Source: an uncultured Methanosarcinales archaeon (GTDB lineage Archaea; Nanobdellota; Nanobdellia; Woesearchaeales; UBA9642). From it: a stretch of 64,000 bases of DNA. The DNA lies in the NCBI GenBank assembly GCA_964591655.1, contig CAZQDS010000001.1, positions 7,232 through 71,231 of the forward strand. Reading direction: 5' to 3'. This document shows, piece by piece, positions 22,101 through 29,827 of the stretch (the stretch's first letter is position 1; each line of letters begins with the position of its first letter). Both the position numbers and the translations under genes were made by a program. Below the pieces are notes generated by a model that did not search any database, was not told the DNA's origin, and saw only the letters and a list, made by a program, of their open reading frames with translations.

Positions 22101-22920
22101 TGTCATTTCTAGCTAAATATCCTCTTGTAGTAAAATACTTCGTATGATCATACCATGAAACATTTACACCATCATCGGCATAAGTCCAATCGACATCATT
22201 GTCACGAAAATCATTACAGATAGTCTCGGTTTCTGTAATATAAGAATTCCATACAGAAGTGTATCTACTAGGAGGCATTACTGCGGCAAACGGATAATGA
22301 TTTCTAACATCATTGCCGCTCGCATCTACAAGTCGTACACGCATGAAATCCTTGCCGCCGCTTTCATGATAAAGAATAACTATCTTATTCCAGCCGCGCG
22401 TAACAGGGATGGCGGCGCTACTCCAGCCCCCTCCAGAGGTAATTGTGAAAGTGTGGGTATATGTTTGAGTTTCTGTTGTACCGACAAGCTCAAAGACTGC
22501 GAGTGTAAATGTATCATCAACACGATAGTTTATATAAAAATCCTTGTTAGAGGCAGAATACACAACGAAATCTGCTCTGGCATAATACGGACCGGTACAA
22601 TCGCCATCATCATCAAAATCTTCTGCGCCCTGATCAGCCATACAAAATCCAGCAAAATAATTTTCGTCCCACCCACGATCACCAGAATCAGAAGCAAAAA
22701 TTTTACCTAATACGGGCTCTCCACGATTAGTCCAATCTGATGGGAAACTCGGGCAAGAAAAATCACAAGTATGATATAAAAACTGATGCTCTCCATATGG
22801 ATAATTATCCCAGAATGAATCATTATAGAAAACCGGATCAAATTCTGCTCTTACACTAACCGATAATAATACGAATAGAACAGATATCAATAACCCTTTC
22901 CAGATTAGTTTCATAAACAC
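19141..22920 (-). CDS. giant secreted Cys-rich protein (1259 aa) with thrombospondin-type-3-like Ca-binding motif
   Basis: Signal peptide 'MFMKLIWKGLLISVLFVLLSVSVRA'; 'CNDEYDNDFDGKTDTDDEDC' (DxDxDGxxDxDDxDC); repeated 'CCGDD' motifs; more than 80 Cys. Confidence 0.55.
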   Translation of the reverse strand: MFMKLIWKGLLISVLFVLLSVSVRAEFDPVFYNDSFWDNYPYGEHQFLYHTCDFSCPSFPSDWTNRGEPVLGKIFASDSGDRGWDENYFAGFCMADQGAEDFDDDGDCTGPYYARADFVVYSASNKDFYINYRVDDTFTLAVFELVGTTETQTYTHTFTITSGGGWSSAAIPVTRGWNKIVILYHESGGKDFMRVRLVDASGNDVRNHYPFAAVMPPSRYTSVWNSYITETETICNDFRDNDVDWTYADDGVNVSWYDHTKYFTTRGYLARNDSYPNFGEPNVDCFDEDCKTRTGPLDFNGKIGVCEYDKETRCNDEYDNDFDGKTDTDDEDCTSGGVNCSIKPLIEMEPWYNPSANDGADGCCGDDFSEDELFFEPFNDNSNGWQPQPGYPSPTIEDGFLKLITANSGAMKDISYSYNNQKTTFTINDDPSKSGATLRVYFMDDTGTGFFINNADITVEGCDPLRVVGDPGRMHGVILHPVTPGVERSCSITVNDVRLRILRVTTHNTGQESWVDYIRISFPLNGGDYGYVTPDNKYLCYNNKTNFYGGTEDKWMWISAPEKPFLITPLNFSGKTVDYISNSDKWYYCNADGTTGLKGLPVLEYDSFPAPPNRNLNNMECSDIATILTGNPHYDCNNVPIQYPCCENGEPKNIFADPESAKGCYCFSDASTENYFCLLYPTNPFCLGAGGFGEEEILKEICKQNERLCSDLSTYDEGKSCAAQDFGRGLPCALGNVCVNGAIVYPQGERCCFGDPEDKECLLGTLITNEDECTLAGGTPYEKTENLICAPPDQDVMIDDDTYCCFGVFMDKLFFPFSFFENENNATFSCFASESNNYFGQCCVGDCNNFKQFGGTPYVDITQNRIFSLGLNYNIIKSYDRFKSGISKIDDLAKRFTTETSVRYSLTNIDDKNFFLSYFDYIEMDVVYNRKNRVGKVYINDVPYDLLTTYSTNGDQELIPHHIKIRIKPENKQQILQTIKVDLNGSVFPSIAEFKYDNIYLTIDPTQATAGSDNHYCTGGFAAWIPQLDSEITNPTDTFFIGDDAWLEGYGRYAVTCEAQWPYIWTGHHCCGDDTDITDPTKYPEYFNDSSVPTWDKSAGCFAGIGVPEGESVWKSHGYYEDNTKFFSMLDELKSYNYSDLLYFNNTFIGCQVPSGKYYSIRVSYDGTYQTSYPQLVNTYVNDQCEVRDDYYCFNGIWRQYTPGIGQSYDIVDNSYYPATPSELHLKSIPPATELLKNGKFGGDCPPTVCAQQGNNTGN

Positions 22921-23052
22921 CCTCTTTCCATCATTTCTCGACTTTATGCTTTTTAAATATTACTATTTTGTGCGTATTCATGACTTCAATCCTGCTTAAA
23001 CCCTTATTAACCTTTATATATAAGCTAATCATACTGATATTGGTGAATAAAT

Positions 23053-25260
23053 ATGAATAAGGTTTTATCATTATATATTGTCGGTTTATTGTTATTTGGA
23101 GGAATCGTATTGCTTGCAGGGTGTACCCCACAGGCACCCGCAACAGCGACTCCAGAAGGAGGAACGTATCTCGCCAATAGTACAGATATGCCTACTGGTG
23201 AAGATGCTGCCGCATTGTCTGGCAATGTAATAAGATTTAATTCTACTGCAGAATTGGATGCATTCTTGAGAGAGAGACAATCCTCTTATCCGTCTGTTTA
23301 TCGTGGCGGTGTAATGATGGATGCGATGGTGTCTGCGACTGGCGGTGCCAAAAGCGCAGGTGCTCCTGTAGCTTCTGGTGCAGAAGAGTATTCGCAGACC
23401 AATGTTCAGGTTGAAGGTGTCGATGAAGCAGACTTCGTAAAGAATGATGATAAATATATTTATTTGGCTCAAGACAATAAGCTGATAATAGTGGATGCAT
23501 TTGATGAGAAGGAGATAGTTTCAGAGACTGATCTTCCTAAAAATGCTTATGCATCAAATCTTTTCCTTTATGGCGACAAGGTTGTTGTCCTTGCGCATTC
23601 TAGTGAGGAATCTTTCTATTTCAGGAAGTATGATATAATGCCGCAGCCTTCTTATGAGTCTGTGACTAAGGTGCTGATATATGATGTCTCTGACAGGAGC
23701 GACCCGGAATTGACCGAAGATTTCAAAGTCTCTGGAGATTATTTCCAGTCAAGGATGATCGATGATGTCGTTTATCTTGTCGCGGTCAAATATGCACAGT
23801 ATCCTGTCATGCCTCCTATAATATATGCTGAAAAGATGATCTCTCCGCCGATATATTATTTTGATAATGGTGAGGAACAATACAACTATAACACTATAGT
23901 CTCAATAAATGTCGATACGGAGAAGATTGTAGATTCTGAAGTGTATCTTTTAGGATACAGCAACACTTTGATGATGTCAGAAGATAACATATACATCGCA
24001 TACCAGAAACAGCCATATAGGTGCTGGGGATGGTATTGCAGAGACAATAGTTATGACAAAGAAAGGTTTACAGAAGTTGTCGTCCCATTATTAGAGGGAG
24101 AATTGAAGAGAGACATCCAGATAGTATTGAATAGCAAGGATTCTGATGATGAGCAATGGAATAAGATATCTGAGATATTGACTGGATTCTTTGAAAACAT
24201 AAGGGACGATGAGACTGCTCAAGACCAATATGACGAGATGCTTTCAGACATACAGGACGCATTAGATGATTATGATGCGAAACAATTGCTTGAGAACTCA
24301 AAGACAGTAATCCATAAGATTTCAGTAGATGATGGTGAATTAGACTATCAATCCAAAGGAGAGGTGGATGGAAGACTATTGAACCAATTCAGCCTTGATG
24401 AATATAAAGGATATCTAAGAGTTGCGACGACTGTCGACTTGTGGATGAATACTGGAAGGAAGACATACAATAATGTGTATGTCCTGGATAAAGATATGGA
24501 TGTTGTCGGTTCAGTCGAAGATATAGCGAAGAACGAGACAATATACTCTACAAGATTCATGGGCGACAAATTATATATGGTCACTTTCAGGCAGATCGAC
24601 CCGTTCTTCGTCATTGATTTATCAGACCCCGAGGATCCGGAGATACTTGGTAAATTGAAGATCCCCGGATATTCAAGTTACTTGCACCCATATAATGAGA
24701 ATTTCATAATAGGCGTAGGTAAAGAGACTGGGGAGAATCAATGGGGCGGTGTGTCGACAAAAGGCGTTAAATTATCATTGTTTGACGTTACAGACATGGA
24801 AAAACCTGAAGAAGTAGATAAGTATGAGATAGGGATGGAAGGGACAGACAGTCCGATACTTTATGAGCATAAGGCATTCCTTTTGTTCAACAACATATTA
24901 GTCATACCGATATCTGAAGTGACTTCAAGAGAGACAGGAAGATATGGCTATGATTATAAGTATTGGGATGGCGCATACGTGTTTGAAGTCTCAGAAGATG
25001 GGTTCGAATTGCTCGGGAAAGTAAAGCACGACTCGAGAAGCACATCGTATTATGCGTGGTGGGACAGGGCATCTGTAACGCGAAGCATAATAATGGATAA
25101 TGAATTGTTCACGATAAGCAACAAGTACATAAAAGTGAACGATCTTGACAATGAATTGGACTCATTAGGAAGCATAGAACTCCCATATGAGAACAACTAT
25201 TATCCTATGTATGCGACAGGCGGCGGAGTCGCTGTTTCAGAACCTGCAATAATGGAATAA
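23053..25260 (+). CDS. beta-propeller domain lipoprotein (Beta_propel-like family)
   Basis: Lipobox 'LLAGC'; 'SQTNVQVEGVDEADFVKNDDKYIYL' matches the hallmark of the archaeal/Firmicute secreted beta-propeller family. Confidence 0.55.
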   Translation: MNKVLSLYIVGLLLFGGIVLLAGCTPQAPATATPEGGTYLANSTDMPTGEDAAALSGNVIRFNSTAELDAFLRERQSSYPSVYRGGVMMDAMVSATGGAKSAGAPVASGAEEYSQTNVQVEGVDEADFVKNDDKYIYLAQDNKLIIVDAFDEKEIVSETDLPKNAYASNLFLYGDKVVVLAHSSEESFYFRKYDIMPQPSYESVTKVLIYDVSDRSDPELTEDFKVSGDYFQSRMIDDVVYLVAVKYAQYPVMPPIIYAEKMISPPIYYFDNGEEQYNYNTIVSINVDTEKIVDSEVYLLGYSNTLMMSEDNIYIAYQKQPYRCWGWYCRDNSYDKERFTEVVVPLLEGELKRDIQIVLNSKDSDDEQWNKISEILTGFFENIRDDETAQDQYDEMLSDIQDALDDYDAKQLLENSKTVIHKISVDDGELDYQSKGEVDGRLLNQFSLDEYKGYLRVATTVDLWMNTGRKTYNNVYVLDKDMDVVGSVEDIAKNETIYSTRFMGDKLYMVTFRQIDPFFVIDLSDPEDPEILGKLKIPGYSSYLHPYNENFIIGVGKETGENQWGGVSTKGVKLSLFDVTDMEKPEEVDKYEIGMEGTDSPILYEHKAFLLFNNILVIPISEVTSRETGRYGYDYKYWDGAYVFEVSEDGFELLGKVKHDSRSTSYYAWWDRASVTRSIIMDNELFTISNKYIKVNDLDNELDSLGSIELPYENNYYPMYATGGGVAVSEPAIME

Positions 25261-25319
25261 TTTTATTTTTTTAATTATTTTAATTCTTTTAATAAGAGTA
25301 TATTAATATTATAAATCTA

Positions 25320-26012
25320 TCAATATATCTTATCTCTCTTATTCTCTTCTTTTTTTATCAATAAGAGCATCTCTTTCTCATGGCCTGCCCCGATCACTGT
25401 AAGGATTTTCTTTTCAGGATTCTTCTCCATTATCTTTACAAGATTCTTTGCCATGACAACATTCCTTTCATGTATCAGCACATTATATAGAGAAGGATAT
25501 CTGTCTTTCAACTGGTTCATCATCTCTGATATCAATTTCTCCTTCGGGACCTCGTTAAGGTTGATTTTTATCTTCTGTTTTGAGAACGGGCTTCGAATTA
25601 TATCCCATAATAATCGCATCTTTTCCTTGAACGTGAATTCTTTAGAGAACCTCTTCAATGTGATCTCTATATCTTGATCTATCAACATCAATTGCTTGTT
25701 GTTGCTCTTTGCGAGATTGACTGCCGTCAACATGTCGCTTCCCGGCTTTATACCGACGACATTACCTAATTTTCTTTGGAGGACGCCAGCAATTACCGCA
25801 AACAGGTATCCCTGCAAACCATATCTCTTTATTCCTGACAAAGAATAATCTGGTTTGGCATCTGTCAACAATGCGTGCAGCCTCTTATGGTCCAATTCTA
25901 CACAGACGATGTCAGGATCTAATCCTGAGAACCTGTCATTTATCTCCTTGACAGACTGTCTAGCGATGTGACTCGTCCCTATGATGAGAAGATTCTTGTA
26001 ATGCTCCGTCAT
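25320..26012 (-). CDS. TraB/PrgY-family protein
   Basis: 'LLIIGTSHIARQSVKEI...PDIVCVELDHKRL' is a TraB family signature (GTSHVS...VELD). Confidence 0.5.
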   Translation of the reverse strand: MTEHYKNLLIIGTSHIARQSVKEINDRFSGLDPDIVCVELDHKRLHALLTDAKPDYSLSGIKRYGLQGYLFAVIAGVLQRKLGNVVGIKPGSDMLTAVNLAKSNNKQLMLIDQDIEITLKRFSKEFTFKEKMRLLWDIIRSPFSKQKIKINLNEVPKEKLISEMMNQLKDRYPSLYNVLIHERNVVMAKNLVKIMEKNPEKKILTVIGAGHEKEMLLLIKKEENKRDKIY

Positions 26013-26042
26013 GATATTGGTAGAAAGAAGGTAATTATAAAT

Positions 26043-26420
26043 TTATTTCTTAATATTGTGTCTACCCTTAAAATAGGAATAAGCATTTTTTGCTACCCCA
26101 ACCAATAATAGGACAGAAAGCGCGGTTAGGACTCGGGAATAATTCCTCTCTGTACGTATATCGTCTGCCTTGACATCTAATCGGTCAAGCTCCTTCATAT
26201 CGATTGAAGTCATTTTTCCTTCCAATGATTTCTTTGTAGATTCAAAATCGTTGAAAAAGACGTGATCATCCAATGATATGTTATTTTTTGAATTGAAGCC
26301 CTTAAGATCTTCATAGAAAATGTTCATCTCTTTATTAGAGTCAACATACATATCGTAACTTATTTTTCCTGCTCCTGCTGCCACAACAAGAAACGCTCCG
26401 GCATAAATCAATTGTTTCAT
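26043..26420 (-). CDS. small type-I membrane/secreted protein
   Basis: N-terminal hydrophobic signal and C-terminal TM helix followed by a basic tail (KGRHNIKK). Confidence 0.35.
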   Translation of the reverse strand: MKQLIYAGAFLVVAAGAGKISYDMYVDSNKEMNIFYEDLKGFNSKNNISLDDHVFFNDFESTKKSLEGKMTSIDMKELDRLDVKADDIRTERNYSRVLTALSVLLLVGVAKNAYSYFKGRHNIKK

Positions 26421-26570
26421 TTTATTGCTAAACGAATTTTATTATCGATTATCATTAAACCCAAGCCGAGCCAAGAATGTTGGCTCGACTCAGGAAAAAG
26501 AGGTGAGTTAGCTTGAAAAGATGACTTGCAAAAATCCGAAGATTTCTAGTGAGTCGACCCGCTATGACGA

Positions 26571-27032
26571 TTACTTGCAATAATTCGTAAATTTTTGGTG
26601 TGTCGTCTGGTTATTGTCTTGCTCGCCTGCTTTGATTATTTTATTATTAGGCGTGAATATAGTATTTAATCTATCTACTAATTCACTCCTGTCATATGTT
26701 GTTCTTACACATATCAAATATGTTGAAACAACCCCATCGACGGTCGCATTCAACCCATCATCATTTGCCGAAAGGATTATGGGTTTTTTTCCGGCGCCAA
26801 AGATGTTTCGGCTTGCTTCTTTTGATCCTGCGTAATTCCTCACGACATTATAATCTAGATGGATGTCTTTCTTTAAGAGCGTTTTATTGATATTTCTTAC
26901 GGCACCCATCATATTTTTTAAATTTATATCTCCGTCCATATCGATATAAAGAATTATATTTGTTAATTGTTTTTTATCTTTATTCAATCCGCCATCGAAA
27001 ACGTCATATCGTGGATCATAATATTTTTTCAT
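26571..27032 (-). CDS. hypothetical protein (153 aa)
   Basis: ORF only; its 3' end is part of an imperfect direct repeat (see findings). Confidence 0.35.
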   Translation of the reverse strand: MKKYYDPRYDVFDGGLNKDKKQLTNIILYIDMDGDINLKNMMGAVRNINKTLLKKDIHLDYNVVRNYAGSKEASRNIFGAGKKPIILSANDDGLNATVDGVVSTYLICVRTTYDRSELVDRLNTIFTPNNKIIKAGEQDNNQTTHQKFTNYCK

Positions 27033-27073
27033 AAATATTCACCTTATTTTTTGTATTTATAAATATAAAAAAA

Positions 27074-27877
27074 TTATTTCTTCTTCCACATCTGCTCGAA
27101 CATTTCTTTCAATGTGTTTGCGAAGTAAGGTGTCTTGACCCAGACTCCGACATCATAGCTCGGATGTACGTCCTTGTCATCTGTCAACATGAACAGTATA
27201 TGTTGATCATCGACAATGATGAATCTTGCATTCATGCTTGGAACGCTCTTCACTTCTGCTATCCCTTTCAATTCTGCAGAATATTTCTCTAGATCCTTAT
27301 CTTTTCCTTGTGGAACGAGAACTTTCACTGCGACGCCCTTATCTGAAAGCTTCTTCAGTGTCTTCTTCATGTGCTGTGTCTTTCTTGATAATCCTTCATG
27401 TGAAGTCATTATGCAGACAGTCTTCTCTGCACCTTTTATCATTGATTCCATATGATCATAGATGTTTGTCCTATCTTTTACCAAACCGACCATTTCTGTA
27501 GGTTCGACCATGTCTATGCCGTGTGTATGTAATTCGGTCAATTGGTTCAGAATTTGAGAATCCTTCAATTCATCCATCTGTAATTCTTTCTGGACCGATT
27601 CTTCTTTTATCCTTTTCTTTATGGTGTTTATTACTTCTGATGGAGGTATTGCCATATATTTTATAGGTTTCCCCAGTTTCATTATGATGAATCCTTTCTT
27701 CTCTAATGATTCTAGAACGTCATATGTCCTTGATCTTGGGACGTTGGAGATGTCGCTTAATTCTCCTGCTGAACTTACTCCTCTTGATAAGAGTGCTGCC
27801 CATATCTTTGCTTCATAAGAATTCAATCCGAAATCCTTCATCTTCTTTACTAATTCTGGTTGTACTAACATTTTCAT
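27074..27877 (-). CDS. TrmB-family transcriptional regulator (paralogue)
   Basis: 'SYEAKIWAALLSRGVSSAGELSDISNVPRSRTYDVLESLEKKGFI' is nearly identical in motif to 5369..6202. Confidence 0.7.
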   Translation of the reverse strand: MKMLVQPELVKKMKDFGLNSYEAKIWAALLSRGVSSAGELSDISNVPRSRTYDVLESLEKKGFIIMKLGKPIKYMAIPPSEVINTIKKRIKEESVQKELQMDELKDSQILNQLTELHTHGIDMVEPTEMVGLVKDRTNIYDHMESMIKGAEKTVCIMTSHEGLSRKTQHMKKTLKKLSDKGVAVKVLVPQGKDKDLEKYSAELKGIAEVKSVPSMNARFIIVDDQHILFMLTDDKDVHPSYDVGVWVKTPYFANTLKEMFEQMWKKK

Positions 27878-28096
27878 TTACCCCCAACGGTCATAATTAT
27901 AAAACAAATCACAGTCTGAAAAGACTTGTTGTCTAGGGGAAGTAAATACTCTTTATAAAGGTTATTATTTTGTTGCTATTCTTGAGTGAATACTATTTTG
28001 GATGTTGTTTTTAGATGTTGTTTTTAGTGCTTACATTTTTTATATTGATCCTAATATATCGGAATTTGACCAGTATTTGATGGAATCTTACAGACT

Positions 28097-28114
28097 CCTT
28101 TGTTTCTTCTGGAA
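28097..28114 (-). promoter_or_regulatory. ORB-like origin recognition box 1
   Basis: Exact 18-mer cctttgtttcttctggaa. Its reverse complement TTCCAGAAGAAACAAAGG resembles the archaeal mini-ORB core TTCCAGTGGAAAC. Confidence 0.55.
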
Positions 28115-28149
28115 ATTTGTTTTGAGTGTTTGAACGATTGTGCTTCTTT

Positions 28150-28260
28150 TTTCTCTTCTTTATTTATTTACTATATTGAAAATAATATATATAATATATA
28201 TAATATATATAATAAATAATAAATATAATAATATGTATAAAAGAAAACATATATTGAAAG
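28150..28260. promoter_or_regulatory. AT-rich duplex-unwinding-element candidate
   Basis: Run of almost pure A/T ('ataatatatataatatatataatatatataataaataataaatataataatatg') between the two ORB-like repeats. Confidence 0.5.
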
Positions 28261-28531
28261 AAATATTTATTGTTATTTTTACAGTTTTTGTGCTTAAATC
28301 ACGATAGTTGGCGTTCTTTGAGAGTGATGTGTGAGAAGAAATATCTATTCATTTTAAATATAAGTTTAAAACATCTTTAACAGATTCCGATAACATTTTC
28401 CATTTCTCCATAAGAAATCATGGGGTGGTATAGTGTTTCAAAACGATAATTCAGATAAGGTACATTCATTCATTTATATTCTAAGAATAGGTTTCTTTAA
28501 TATATTATAGAAATACAAAATATTTATATAA

Positions 28532-28549
28532 CCTTTGTTTCTTCTGGAA
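28532..28549 (-). promoter_or_regulatory. ORB-like origin recognition box 2 (overlapping the orc1/cdc6 promoter)
   Basis: Second exact copy of cctttgtttcttctggaa, about 12 bp upstream of a TATA-like 'tattataag' (28561..28569). An RBS-like 'gagggg' (28583..28588) precedes the ATG at 28594. Confidence 0.55.
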
Positions 28550-28593
28550 GTAGTTCAGTCTATTATAAGTTATATTCGTGCTGAGGGGTTTAA

Positions 28594-29799
28594 ATGGTTA
28601 TAAGTGATTTTTTAGAAAATTTCATAAAAAAAGAATCTCTGTTCAAGAACAAAGCAGTCCTGCAAAGCTCATATTTTCCAGAGGAAGTATTGCATAGGGA
28701 GGAACAGATAAATCAGATAGCGAAAATACTTGCGCCAGGTCTTAGGGCGGAAAGGCCATCAAATATATTCGCATACGGAAAGACCGGTACAGGGAAAACA
28801 CTCACGATACAATACACCCTAAAGGAGATAATCAAGATATCTCAGAGAGAGAACATCCCTCTGAAATATATCTATATCAACTGCAAACTGAAAAAAGTTG
28901 CAGATACAGAATACAGGCTTATAGCAGAAATAGCAAGACATCTAGGGAAGACCATTCCTCCGACAGGACTTCCTACTGATGAAGTCTACAACATATTCTA
29001 CAGGGCCATCAATCAAGAAAAGAAAGTGATAATAATAGTGCTAGATGAGATAGATCAATTGGTGAAGAAAATAGGTGATGAAGTTATATATAATCTCACG
29101 AGGATAAATACGGAGCTGAAAGAAAGCCAGCTAGCAATAATCGGCATAAGCAACGATGTAATGTTCGCTGACAATCTGGACCCGAGAGTAAAAAGCTCAC
29201 TTAGTGAAGAGGAGATAGTGTTCCCATCATATAATGCAATACAGATACAGGACATATTGAAGAAAAGGTGCAATGAGGCCGTAAAAGATGGGGTGATAGA
29301 GGACGGCGTGATAGCGAAGTGTGCAGCATACGCCGCCAGGGAGCACGGCGACGCGAGAAGGGCATTGGAGCTGATAAGGGTCGCAGTAGAGATCGCAGAA
29401 AGAAAAGGGATATCGAGCATAACATTGAAAGAGCTCGATGAGTCGGAAGAAAAGATAGAGAAAGACAGGGTCATAGATATAATAACGACCCAGCCGAAAC
29501 AATTCCAGCTCGTTCTTTATTCGATACTTATCATCGGGAACAGGAAAAAGAGCAACGACCCGATATTTACAGGAGACATATATCTGTTGTACAAGGACCT
29601 ATGCAACAAGACAAACCTTCGGCCGCTCACCCAAAGGAGGGTGTCTGATGTGATTTCAGAGTTTGACCTTTTAGGGATAATCAATGCCAAAGTAATAAGC
29701 AAGGGGAGATATGGGCGGACGAGAGAAGTGAACATAGTCACGAACGAAACCACCAACAACAAGATAATATCCTTGTTAGAAACATCATTGAACCTTTGA
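28594..29799 (+). CDS. cdc6: Orc1/Cdc6 replication initiator
   Basis: AAA+ Walker A 'FAYGKTGTGKTL', Walker B 'IIVLDEID', sensor regions and a C-terminal winged helix; 401 aa. Confidence 0.9.
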   Translation: MVISDFLENFIKKESLFKNKAVLQSSYFPEEVLHREEQINQIAKILAPGLRAERPSNIFAYGKTGTGKTLTIQYTLKEIIKISQRENIPLKYIYINCKLKKVADTEYRLIAEIARHLGKTIPPTGLPTDEVYNIFYRAINQEKKVIIIVLDEIDQLVKKIGDEVIYNLTRINTELKESQLAIIGISNDVMFADNLDPRVKSSLSEEEIVFPSYNAIQIQDILKKRCNEAVKDGVIEDGVIAKCAAYAAREHGDARRALELIRVAVEIAERKGISSITLKELDESEEKIEKDRVIDIITTQPKQFQLVLYSILIIGNRKKSNDPIFTGDIYLLYKDLCNKTNLRPLTQRRVSDVISEFDLLGIINAKVISKGRYGRTREVNIVTNETTNNKIISLLETSLNL

Positions 29800-29827
29800 T
29801 ATTCACGATCTTTATTTTTTTATAACA

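Noticed and set aside
26524-26607. Interpreting the 35-bp direct repeat as the att sites of a currently integrated mobile element
   Set aside because: The two copies are only ~15 bp apart with no cargo between them and no integrase nearby. Retained only as a low-interest possible scar.
28176-28240. Highly repetitive ata/taa-type sequence that might be taken for a CRISPR array or microsatellite
   Set aside because: No regularly spaced repeat-spacer structure with unique spacers. It is simple A/T low complexity inside the putative origin and is better explained as a DUE.
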